NCBI GenBank assembly: GCA_051362555.1
Contig: CM120649.1
Span: 13,888,001-13,952,000, forward strand
Length of the DNA stretch: 64,000 nucleotides
Origin: Lingula anatina
Taxonomy: Eukaryota > Animalia > Brachiopoda
Direction of reading: 5' to 3'
The first letter of the stretch is position 1, and each line of letters begins with the position of its first letter. Made by a program: the position numbers and the translations under genes. Positions 25,701 through 37,500 of the stretch are shown in pieces. Under the pieces are notes generated by a model, which made no database searches, was not told where the DNA came from, and saw only the letters and a list, made by a program, of their open reading frames with translations.

Positions 25701-28700
25701 ATTTTTTTATATCCTTTTGCTACATCCAATTATTGGATTTACCTGCTGCCTGAAGAGAGCCAGTTTGTCATCAATGGGGTCGTTGCTTCTCATTCTCTTC
25801 TCAATCAGCTGGTTAATCTCTGTATTCATGTCACGAATCTAGGATTTCAATGAAACTAATATTAGGTAAAATCACACTCAGTCTGGTCAAGGCATGGGGA
25901 AGCTACCTGTCTGACAGGTCATGTTCGCATAAATGACAGAAGATTATAGGAAAAATCCCAAAAAGGAAACCTTAACCTGATAACTTTGACGATCCTACAT
26001 CCATCAGTAAACCTCACCTTTCCATTCAGTTCATCTAGCTCAGCTTGGCCCATGGCTGGTTCTGATACCACTTTCTGGAGATCTTGGGTCACTTTTCTCT
26101 TCATGGCGATTTCTTTGGGCAGCTTTTCTCTGACCATGTAGGCGTTGACCCTGGTTTCTTCCTCCAGTCTTTCCAGCAGACCTGGGGAGATAGGTGTTTT
26201 GGATAAGCTTGGTCTATTTATTCATAATTATCTGACATTTAAAGATATTGCTCTCTATCTCTCTCAAACTCACACTGTATGAACATGAGGAAGGTATAAC
26301 TACAACTTGTGAAAGACATCGGATCTCAACATATATACATTTTTATACCAGAGTCCTCATCACACTGGAGAGCTTTACCTTTTACATATTGGGGAAAAAA
26401 ACTGGTGAAATCTTAAGAAAAATATAATTTTTTCATATAATTTTCCAAAAAACAACACTGTTTATGAAGTGACGACCCCCAAGTTGGCTGTTCACGATAC
26501 TAACCTTCAGGTGTGGCCCCCATACTGGCCTGCTGCAAGTCCTTTAACTGCTGCTGGAGACGCTGGTGCCTCTGCTGAGTGTGAAGCAACTGTGGAGAAC
26601 ATTAATATTGAATTAAAACAAAGTTGATTTCTTGGCCTTTCCCTGTCTTAATATCCCATATAAAGCTGACTTAATGGACAGATATATGTCAAGGTACAAA
26701 AAGCAATTCTGATTTATGCTTAATTATTAATTATATGTAATAATGTCAAAGATAAGATTAAAACAAAAATCACAACTATAAAAGGTTTTCCTTATATTTA
26801 CTACACCCGAGCCACTACTCACAGCATTTTTCTGGTCCAGTTTCTGCTGGGCAATCTTTTGTTCCTTGTCCCTCTCCAGCCTCAGGTTTCTGGCTATGGC
26901 CAGCATTGGGCCTGTATTGGGCTGAGACTCCACCTGGGGGGGTAAAATATAAACAACATAATAGATACAATAATCAGTGATGTAACTTTGACAAAAATGA
27001 ACACGTCTCAATGTGGTATATGTGACATTGTGGTAGATGTGACAATGTGTTAGATGTGACATTGCAGTAAATCTGCCACTGTGGGCTCTTCTTTATGATA
27101 CAAAAAATCATAACAGACTCCCCATTTCTAGGACATTTTAGGAGCAGAAACTTTGTTTGAATGATACAAAGATTCAAGTTAAGACACATTAAATTAATAC
27201 AAAAAACAATCATCATTCAAGATATACTTGAGACAAATAATAACCCCAGTTATGTTGCGTGCTCTGTAATATGATATACCCTAATTAAAAAAAAAAAAAC
27301 ATATTTACCTTTCTCTTCAATCTCTCCACCCTCCTGTTCAGCTGCTCTTTCTCTTCCTCCATGTTAGCAATATCTTTCCTGATCTCCTGTGTGCTAAACC
27401 CACTGTTCTTCAGCTGTTCCATCTGCTTGTGCAGCTCCTTGAATTCTTCTATGTACATCTCATACTGCAAATATAAAGAACAGATTAACTGATGCTAATC
27501 AGCCATTAGGTCATCTACGAACTGACAAAGCTTATCTCTTAACATAAACTGGAACTTTCATATATGCCATATATATATACAAAGTGCACATGTATGTGAT
27601 ATTGACTCATACTTCACACTTGGGTGTATCTCAATATACCACAGTGCCTTGCTGGCTATTTACTGCATATGCAAAATTTTTCTGGTACATAAAGAGTGGA
27701 TAATCCGATATACTAGATAGTGCATCTGCTTATCAGAATCAATGTGTTCATTAATAGAATTTGTGACAGAATTCAATATTATTATTATTATTATTATTAT
27801 TACCTGTTGATACAGCTCAGACATCTGTTCATCCATAAACTCAGGTGGGATGCTCAACTTCACCAGGTACCTGGCCAGGTAAGCTCTTTTCTTCAGGTCA
27901 CTTTTGTTCTGCAAGAGCCACTCCAGAATGGGGTAGACCACTGGCTTATTCCCCTGGACAAGACCCTGGCGAAATGCACTCCTGAAAGTGACCAGGCACA
28001 GTAAGATAGATTTGCATGGATTTTTTTTTATTTTTATTTTCTACTCTGGTGGAAAATAATTACGTTGTAAGTGCATTATGGCTATTACAAAATATGCAGC
28101 AGCTGTGCCAACCTTAGGGACCATTCCCACAGATATCAGGATCAATCTAACTTAACTGGCTTAAATGTCTGTCACGCCTAGTAAAGCTGCTAGGGGGTAA
28201 TTATCTTTACCTTAGCTGATTCGATAGGCGTGCGAGACATTTAAGCCAGTTAGTTGATAGCAATTTAGCGAGACTCCCCAGGGAGTAAGACCAATCCAGA
28301 TGGATCGACCTAGGCATGGGAACCCAGTGGTAAAATTGTGATAAAATGCACTCATGAAATTTATTAGACACTGTCAGATAGATTTACATGGATTTTATTA
28401 CTCTGCTGAAAACATTACTGAATAGTATGCACATTTTGGTCACATTACAAAACATGACATCACAGGTCACAATACAAAATATGCAGCAGCTGTCCCAACC
28501 TTGAGTCGAATCTTGGTGAAATGCATTCCTCAAAGCTACAAGAGAGATAGATTTGAAATCTATGTACACATAAATGTCCCGTTCTGTAAATTTTGAATCT
28601 ATGCTGAATTGCTGACATATATTAGAAAGTCAGAAAAAACAAATACAGCTGACTCGAGACTTCTCTCCCTAACTTTCATACCCTTATCCCAGAAAACTAA

Positions 28701-29360
28701 TTAGAGATAAACATATACTTTGTTATAAGGTGATGATTTATGTAGAGTGTACAATTAATTATCATTAACTGGCAAATGTTGAGCTCCTTCAAAATGAAAT
28801 TTCCAATCATGAAATTATTGATATTATTGCCTTGCACTCTTCTGGCGAGAGAGATTTTGTGGAAGGATTACTTACACATTAGAAGAATCAGTTGGAGGCC
28901 TGTACTTCAAGATACGCAGTGTCTCCATCAGCCTCACTGTGGTCTGGTCAGCTGACTCCTCGCGAATATCAATCTTATTCTGGAACCAGAGCAATTAAGG
29001 ACATTAAGAAAAGAAGAGAGACTCATTTACTCTTAGCTTTAGTTAATTATACATCAACAATTTTCTGTTCTATACTATATTTCATTCAAATTATCAGTTG
29101 TTACAACTGAATTCATCTTGAACAACTGATTTTTTTAGGTGCAAATTCTCTATCAAGTAAAATAAATACTAGTAACAAAATAAGAGATACTTGGATATAT
29201 TCAGTACATATAAACATCAAAATCAGTTAATCAAACCCCTAAGACTAATTTAGTCTAAACCAAAATTACAATACATTAAATTAATTATCTGTTTTAAGTT
29301 CCTCATGATCACTACCTTTAGAGCACTTTCATGATGACTTAAAATAAATTACATGTGCAT

Positions 29361-29400
<40 letters not shown>

Positions 29401-29624
29401 TTTGTAGCTGACAGCACCAAAACCAAGTGAAAGCTTGATGGGCAGTCTTATAAAACATGGGATTTAAAATGAGCTCTTACCTTGGGGTCAATGTCTGCCA
29501 ATACATCATTCAATGTCTGGAGGAGGCTCTCAGGAGCCAGGGAATCAAAACTGATTAGGTTGTAGTTCTTGTTAAACGGCTCCTTGTTCAGTTCCTGAAC
29601 GATGAACTTCAGCTGCTCACTCAT
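22762..29624 (-). CDS. IFT81: Intraflagellar transport protein 81, 14 coding exons, ~684 aa
   Basis: N-terminus [29 protein letters not shown]. Exons on minus: 29624-29481, 28979-28876, 27981-27804, 27464-27309, 26933-26823, 26589-26505, 26181-26018, 25838-25743, 25493-25347, 24908-24759, 24223-24005, 23682-23579, 23344-23204, 23017-22762. All GT-AG, 2055 nt in frame. Motifs include [36 protein letters not shown] and [13 protein letters not shown]. Confidence 0.96.
24256..24470. mobile_element. MITE family A copy in an IFT81 intron
   Basis: Shares GGGGTTT..GCTAAATT..TTCAGCTTAAGCAGC..CTACTGAAGCTGTTAA..CAGACATCTAA with the 33368 copy; internally palindromic. Ends approximate. Confidence 0.55.
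28117..28326. mobile_element. MITE family A copy in an IFT81 intron
   Basis: Shares GGCTTAAATGTC..CGCCTA..AAGCTG.TAGGGGGTAATTA with the 3451 copy; internal inverted arms AACTGGCTTAAATGTC / GACATTTAAGCCAGTT. Ends approximate. Confidence 0.55.
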
Positions 29625-30048
29625 CTTGACTAAAGTACGTGAGCTACGCTACCTGAAACTGTAATCATATATTGAGTTTTGAATCTTTCTCATGCAACAA
29701 AAGTAAAATTATATCAGATTCATTAGCACAATACATTCTGTTAAACTTCGTTCAATTTCAGTAAAATTTGTTTCTTTTATGATTTCCTCATCTTTTAACT
29801 GGTTTGTTCATATTTCCATTTTAAGCCCGAAAGCCGAAGGGCACTACTAGTACAATAGCAGAATAAAATAGCTGGAGCTCACTGAATCAAGCTTTTGAAT
29901 TGAAAATTATGGCATTGCAATTTCAAAACAAAATTAAAAACTGAATATCAAATGCCTTTGGGAAAATATCTGGTATTTTTGGCAGATTGTTTTAGACATG
30001 CTTTGTGTTGGCAATCATTCAAAAGGATGCAAATAAAATATTTCTTAC

Positions 30049-30368
30049 GATCACTTTTCCTATGTTGGCCGGCAATCCTATCTAGCTTGATGTTGAATGC
30101 TCGAATGTTTTCCCTAGGAATGCGGTACCCGGATGTTCAATATGAGCATGCGCGCCTAAATAGAAATATACTCTTAAACCAGTCACTTATACGTTTAAAA
30201 ACTCTTTTATTTCATGCATTGTAACATACCTATACAGTTTTTAAATTTCATAATTAAATTAATTGCTAAATATTTTCAAATATTCATTTTTCTTTTCAAA
30301 TTTGAGATTAAATCGACAAAAGTTTCGTCTACTCTTTAAAGATTACGTGTACTAAAGCTACCGGCAAC
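30049..30368. promoter_or_regulatory. Probable bidirectional promoter region shared by IFT81 and SPCS2
   Basis: Minus-strand GTAAG donor (plus-strand CTTAC, 30044-30048) for a non-coding IFT81 first exon, with an acceptor at ~29653. NRF1-like GCATGCGCGC near 30146. SPCS2 ATG at 30369 in the context GCAACATGG. Confidence 0.5.
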
Positions 30369-33300
30369 ATGGCACCCAAGGAAGGAGTACTTTCACAGGT
30401 TTGTAATTTTGGTTCCCCTCTGCTAATATTTGATGCTGAGATGCTGAATGGGTCAATATGGTATAATTCGTTGGATTCATCTGTATATACATAATGGCAA
30501 GTAAGCCTTGCATTAGGTATTTTGTGCAGGTGTGCAATGCTCCATATGGTCTGTGTGTTGTGGTTGGGAGGGGGGGGGGGGGGGGGTGACATGGAGCAAA
30601 ATACCGAAATACGTCTTGATCAGTGATACAGATTATAAGAATATGATCACAAACCAGTGAAAATTATTTATCAAAAACATTGATTTTGACTCTAAGAAAT
30701 ACTTTACCAAAAGCAAACAATATGAAAAAGCCCCCCTCGTATTCTGTTTAAGTTGGCAACCGTGCATGTATATGTATTGGGCATGGTCTTTTGTGTTGAT
30801 TTTAATGATCTCCTCTTGTGATCTGTGCATTGACACATTTAGACGTTTACCTGTAGGTAATCTTTCCATCTTTTATAGAGCATGAAGGGAATCATTGGAG
30901 ATAGCCCAAATCTTGTAACGTGTAAAATCTAATGAGTTGGGTCAGAAATAATGACAGGCTTTGAAGGCAGTGAAACAATAAATATAAGCAGACGGAATTT
31001 ATTCTCAGACAATTTTCTAGTTGTTTTTCTTTGAAGCTCTATTAACTTCCAATCTGTTGTACAACTGTGTAGATTTGCCTTGATTTTAATAATTATTAGG
31101 ATATCAATTTCCAAGAAGTTTCACTCCTGCCACAAAAAAGTCAACCCCACCTCATGCAGAAGTCTTGCATGTTTTGTAGTCTCGTACAGTGTCACGCAAT
31201 GCCAACAGCCTTGGTTTAGGCTATCTTGTATGATCCCATTGCATTTCCAGTGTAAACTCGGAATACTACAATACAGTTTATTATTGATTTTCTTTGTTTC
31301 CATGTGCTGATTTCTTTTAGCAGTCTCAGGAAAAAGAGGTACTATACTGTGTGTCCTTTATGTTATAAAATGGTTTACAGTGTTGACAAAAAAAAAAAAA
31401 GCTTGTTAATAAAGATCTGGCATCATGAATAAAATGTCTCAGTAATGTCACCAAAAAGATTGGTCCCGACTGGGTTTGGACTTGCTTGACCACACGTGCT
31501 CTGTGTGATGTATCCCAGTCTTTGTCGAATATTTCTGAGCCCAGTGGCCCTTCAAGACACCAGGATCAAAGGGCTTATTCAGATTCACACATACTAGCTG
31601 GGTCTGTCTTACACTGCCGGGGAATTTTTTCGCTAAAGTACAACTGGGGTCAGCTTAATTAGCACACAATAGTTTATTAACCCCTCTAGGAGGCATATCA
31701 GACAAGCTGGTTCCACTGATTACACTTTAGTGAGTATCCCTTGCAGAGTTGGATTAATCCAGCTCCTCAGTACCATGTGTTAATCTGAAAGGGTTTATTC
31801 AGAATGAGATGATCCAAGTGCGAGCTGGTTCACGCCCTAACTATGGCATACTACATGAAAGGAAGACCCTTAATCTTGTAATGGTCTCTCCGTCTCTTTC
31901 AGGCCTCCCCACATGTCGTCCCTGCAGGGGCACAATAATTAAATTTCTGCTCAATTTCGACCGTTCGAGGGACGATGTGTGGGGAGGCGTGCTTAGTATC
32001 AATTGCATGTGGTGCAGGGAAAGAGTTGTGCAATAATATGATGACAAATACTTCACAATTCCCGCAAACAATTTGTGTGGCATGGGGTTCTTGTACATTT
32101 TATTTGGATGGGTAAAGGTTGGTGGAGGAGGCATTTAGCTATAATAATTTATAATAAAAGAAATGTACTAGTAAAGAATTGCAGCCAAATGGAAAGCAGA
32201 TTTTCAAACAAAAAAGATGGACTGTTTTATGTGGTATGACATAACATAGAGGTGATGTGGCATTTGTTTGAAGTGTAATTTTTTTATTTGTTTCCTTATG
32301 CTTCTCCGGCAAATGTACAAAACTTGCAAAAAAAAAAAAAAGGGACAGGGGAGGTTTAGGGAGTACATAACTCCTTTTATCATGGTAGCTCGAGGGGACT
32401 ATTTATTCATTTATTCTCTTGGTGATGGTGTTGTTTTAGAAATAATTTTTTTTACTTAAATATGAAATCATTCAAGGCTCGTATCACTGTATATAAATTT
32501 TATCTTGAATGCAGTGATTATGGTAATAAAATTTCTCAACAGTGTCAAGCACCTTCCTTTTAGTAATCTGTTACTTATTAATGAAATATATTCAGGCACT
32601 ACAAAAATGTACTTTTGACACAAAGCCAGCTAACTTTGCAAACTTCTGAATCAACATTTTACTGGTATTGCATTCAAAATATTTTTGTTTGGGGGCGGAG
32701 GGGAGGGGGATCATGATGAGTAACTGCTACATTTTGTTCATTTTTATTGAGTAACAAAACCGTGCGTTCAAAGGTTGTTTTGATTTGCAGTGGTCAGCAG
32801 ATGAAAAGCCAGTCAAGATAGACAAGTGGGATGGTTCGGCAGTCAAAAATGCCCTTGATGACGCAGCAAAGAAGGTGAGTTGGTCTTAAGTGCAATACTT
32901 GATGGTTTTCTGATAGACTTCAAGATAAAAGATGGAATTCTGATGAAGGTATACTGTCATTCAAAGTCCTGTCATATAAAAAGATTATTTGTATTTAATT
33001 AATGTCTTTGTTTGATTACTAGTAATCGATTAGGTCAGGTCTCTTGAATAAGATTGCTGTCATCATCATCATCATCTATTTGATAGAATTGTTTTATAAC
33101 AATCTTCTGCATCTTGCAGATTTTGACTTACTGGCATTGCCCCATTGAAGTATTACAGAACTTTTCTGTCTTACCTACAAGTGGCATGCTTCTGTATTGA
33201 AATAATGTTCATCTTAATTGGTAAAAGGATGAATTTTTTTTCTCTAGACTGCACGTGTTTTATGCCTTTGAAGCATGATGAGTCAGTAATGATGAAAACC

Positions 33301-34419
33301 CTTTGATGAAGGGTTGTTACAACATGCCTCATGGGTAGATCACACAATTTATTTGCTTTTCTGTTTAAGATCCCTTTCCTATACCTAGATCGATCTAGCA
33401 AGATCGACCCATCTACGAGGGGTTTATCGCTAAATTACATTCAGCTTAAGCAGCTCTGATGTCTGGGACGCCTACTGAAGCTGTTAATTAACTATCGTTT
33501 AGCAACTTAAGTAGGTGTGCCAGACATCTAACCCGTTTAATCTGAATGCAATTTATTAAGGATCCCCTTAGAGTTGGGTTGATCCGCTAGATCAATCAAG
33601 GTATGAAAATGGGGTCTCATTCTCCTTAAGAGCTACTAAATTACTTTCTTATCATGATTACATGAGAGAATCCAATTTTCTTGTAATTCTGAATAATTTT
33701 TCCATATTTCTTATAGGTACTGACAGATGGCTATGGGTATGTAGAGAGTCACAGACTGGTGGATGGACGCCTAGGAATCTGTACCGTTGCCGTGGCGTTT
33801 GCAGCCTTTGCCCTGCTATGGGACTATCTTCATCCATTCCCTCAGTCCAAACCTGTGCTCATTGTCTGTGTGTGTTCGTATCCTTTATGGGCATGTTTTC
33901 AAAAATAAAATAGAAAAAAAATCATTAAGTAAAAAGGAGAGGAAAAAAAGGACATTTTTCAATTGAAAGTCTTCCTGTTGTTGCCAGAAAGCCTTCTTTT
34001 TGATTCTTTCATTCTAAACTTATTGCCTTAATGTTATCACATATAATATTAATTGTACACTTCACCCCCCCCCCCAAAAAAAAAAAAAAAAACTGGGGCC
34101 ACCCCCCTCCAAAAAAAAAAATAATAATTAATAAATAAAAAAGGAGATTCTGATGTGCAATTTTGTTCATATTTCTGCTGAAAAAAATGTCATTAAAAAA
34201 CAAATTTAAGTTTTTGTTTTTGCTCCACATCAAAATCCAGAGAAATTGAATCCCTAACAGATAATGCAGATATTTTCTACTCATGGGTGTTTTAACTGTG
34301 TATACCACATATAAAGAGAAGGGGATCTTCATGGTGGCCTTAGACAAGGATAAGGCTGGGGTGGACCCCGATAATGAGTGGACGCTGTCCTCCACACTGA
34401 AGAGGTATGGACAACCAAT

Positions 34420-34451
<32 letters not shown>

Positions 34452-35004
34452 GCACACACACATGAACAAACACCTACCATACTTATACTCACATCTATAC
34501 ACCCACTTTTTTACACTCGCACATACTTTCTTCAATACATATAAATGTTCCCTCAGGCATGCATGTGCATGCACACACACGTGTAGTTGAACATGTGTTC
34601 ATGTATAAATGCTGTTTGACTGTGTTGATAGTTTGTGCATTATAACTATTTGTCATAATATCTAAACCTTAACCCTGTGTTTATAAACTTCTTCTTTATA
34701 AAAAAAAAAACAGAAACTGATACATTTTACAAACTTGGTACGTAACTAATAGTCCTAAGTATTGTAGCACAGATAAATTCCTTTTCCTCAGATTCATATT
34801 GTTTGTTTTCACTCCAGATACGAGAGTGACTACACACTACAGATTAGCTATTACGACGGACAAAGTCGGCAGAGTCGGTCACTAGAAACCACCCATTGTG
34901 TGGCGGACTTCATTGATGAAAACGGCCAGATTTGCATGGATCTCTTCGAGCCTGAAGTGAAGAAAATGCATGTCAGTTTGTCATCAGAGAAGAAATCAAA
35001 ATGA
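30369..35004 (+). CDS. SPCS2: Signal peptidase complex subunit 2 (SPC25), 5 exons, ~198 aa
   Basis: Exons 30369-30398, 32791-32874, 33717-33877, 34270-34404, 34818-35004; 597 nt in frame. Motifs [67 protein letters not shown] and FIDENG. The first exon is less certain than the rest. Confidence 0.95.
33368..33617. mobile_element. MITE family A copy in SPCS2 intron 2
   Basis: Inverted termini AGATCCCTTTCC.ATACCTAGATCGATCTAGC / GCTAGATCAATCAAGGTATGAAAATGGGGTCT. Confidence 0.6.
33878..34269 (+). other. U12-type (minor spliceosome) GT-AG intron, SPCS2 intron 3
   Basis: 5' splice site GTATCCTTT; branch point TCCCTAAC at 34251-34258, ~12 nt before the 3' end; no polypyrimidine tract. Splicing restores the conserved S-Y-F junction. 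Confidence 0.9.
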
Positions 35005-35981
35005 CTAGCAATTAAAATTCTCTGATGATAATTATGGTTACAGCATAAATAAAGTATAATATGTCTTTCTCGACAGTGCTCTCCATTTATTTTTTATCTT
35101 GCATTCTGGGGATGGAAGTCGTTTTCGGTGGTTTTTATGGGACGAGTAACAGTGAGATAGTACTGGAGATTAAAAAAAAACATTGTTACTTATTTATTTA
35201 GCTAGTTTTTTTTTTTTTAATCAGGTTTTGTAGGTTAGTTAAATCTAAATATTTGAATTTTTGGGTGTAGTTGTAGAAAACCTTTAGAGTTAGATTTTTT
35301 TCATCTAATAAATTTGAGCCTGAATATTTATTTTTGTGCAGTTTCTTGAATGTTTAGTAAAGCCTCTCCCATGTAAAGCAGTTTGTTAATTATTTTTATT
35401 TATTTTATTATTATTTTATTTGTTAATTAATTAATGTATTCATTTTTATTTTATTTATTATTATTATTTATTTTTATTTCCTAAAAGTTGAGATAAGTCA
35501 CCGCATGCCTATCTGAGGTTGGGAAGATGGTGTTCCATTCAATGAAATAGAGAGCAATGAAAAGAGACATTCTGTCATATGTCAAGTGGCATGTGATACT
35601 AAATGTATTGTCCAGTATATTTTGTAATATAATATACTCTTCGTCAAAGACGTGAGGGCTATTGTGCAGGGTTGCAGCCGTCAGGAGTTACTATAGACTC
35701 ATAACTTATCAAGAAGTGAATATAGGCATCGCTTTCAGCTGCCCATCAATGAATACAAACACTGATAATTACAATAAAAGCCATATAACAACTATTGTAT
35801 GTTTTGTTACGTGATATAATTTATTTTATATTTTCAAATGTTTTTTATTGTTTTAAATCAGCACAAAGATAGATGCATTATTGAATAATAAGACGCAGGA
35901 AAAACCTCATTTTCGGTATCTGGATAATAAAAGGATACAGAATTAATACCCTTAACCACGCGAAACGAGGCTATATAGAAA

Positions 35982-36159
35982 GCCGCATTCAGAACAAGCA
36001 GATCCGCGAACTAACAGATCCGTGGATCAAATATGGCCGAGCCACTTGAAACCTGAATAAACTCCCTGCGGAGTTCACGTGTCAGGCTGTCAAGTGGGTC
36101 AACCGTATTTGATCCACGGATCAGTTAGTCCCCGGATCAACTTTGGTTGTGAATGTGGA
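35982..36159. mobile_element. Palindromic MITE, family B
   Basis: Inverted arms CCGCATTCAGAAC..ACTAACAGATCCGTGGATCAAATATGG / CCGTATTTGATCCACGGATCAGTTAGT..GTGAATGTGG. Related copies at ~40710-40810 (partial), 56195-56369 and 63509-63679. Confidence 0.65.
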
Positions 36160-37500
36160 GTAAAGATATTCATCCATATATGCACAATAGATGTAACCTT
36201 TTAAAAATAAAAAAGTTGTCCTCGGCTGCCATTTTATAATTGCCATGCATAGCGAGGTATAACTCTCCACCTCTTTCAAGATATGTTGAATCTCCAGAAA
36301 CCTCCTATTTCACCTCAAACTCTCCATTCTGTGCAAGAAGCTATCAAGCACGAGTTGTTGACACCATTTGTGGCCTCAATCAGGGCACCTAGATATTCTA
36401 ACCGCGGTCAACGTGACAGAGTGCATACCACCCTGGGCGTTCTGTGCCGTTCCCTTGTTCCAGAGGATGAAATCTACCTTCCGCTAATGACTGCAGCCCT
36501 TCTGGGTACACGAACTTAATGGACACCAAAACCTCTCGAATCTGCTAATGGATACTGCATGACCTCGGGCGGCACATCTGCAGCTTTTGTTCTCGGCCAC
36601 GTCCACAAAATAATAATGCTAAATATTATAATACATTAAAATTGCGTTCTTGGTGCGTTTAGGTCACCATGAGTTTCCAAGGACAGTGGAAAGTCACAGA
36701 TACTGCAAGGAAGCGGAGAAAATATCTTGATAGCAAGTACAATTGGCGAGCTTCCTGTATCCTCTGCAAATGAGGGACGCATAGGTGCTTCAGTAGTGAC
36801 GCTATGCATATAAAATATTTATATGCAATAAATGATACTGTTTTTTTAATGTCTTTCTTATTATCTCTTTATGTTAGATGTTTACCAACCGCGTGTCGTT
36901 CCTTATATCCCATAATATTGACAGTGTAATAATAACGATATGAAAATTTGAACTCTGGTTTTTTCATCTTTGTAAATGACCCCTAATTTACTTGAAAATT
37001 TTTGACGATAGTGATATCCTCACGAGAGAACAATAGCGTTAGCACGCAAACACGTATATTTAGGTCAATTACTTTGCGCAATGTCCTTTTCGGTTTGTTT
37101 TACATCTAAAAATAAAGAGAAAAATAAATTTACTTGTTGACTAAATTCTCCCTAAGGTGCTGCCGGTGGTTGCTTTCCATGAAGAGCAATGTTAAGTTCC
37201 CTCTACCTCTAAAGATCAAAAGAATCTATTGTCTTTGTGCACGGGTTTCTTGTCCTGGGGACACCGTTCAGTTCCATTAATCACACGATGTGTCCATTGT
37301 TCTCACCAAAGAGTGACGCCGCCTCTGGCGCCCCATGAGGACTCAGGTGTCTTCTGAGGCAGAGAGGAATTAGGGACAACGCTAATAAAACATGCAAATT
37401 GATACGAGCATAATTGTTTTGATTAACGGCGATATTTAAAAGTAAAGGTGTGGCCAGTTTCGGCAGTTTCCAAAGTACTGATCCCAGAAGAAGCGCAAGA

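Noticed and set aside
31445-31570. tRNA/SINE-like B-box remnant on minus
   Set aside because: No cloverleaf or A-box; too degraded.
36283-36640. GC-richer patch with a 78-aa ORF
   Set aside because: No recognisable motif or splice structure; possibly a transposon fragment but unassignable by eye.
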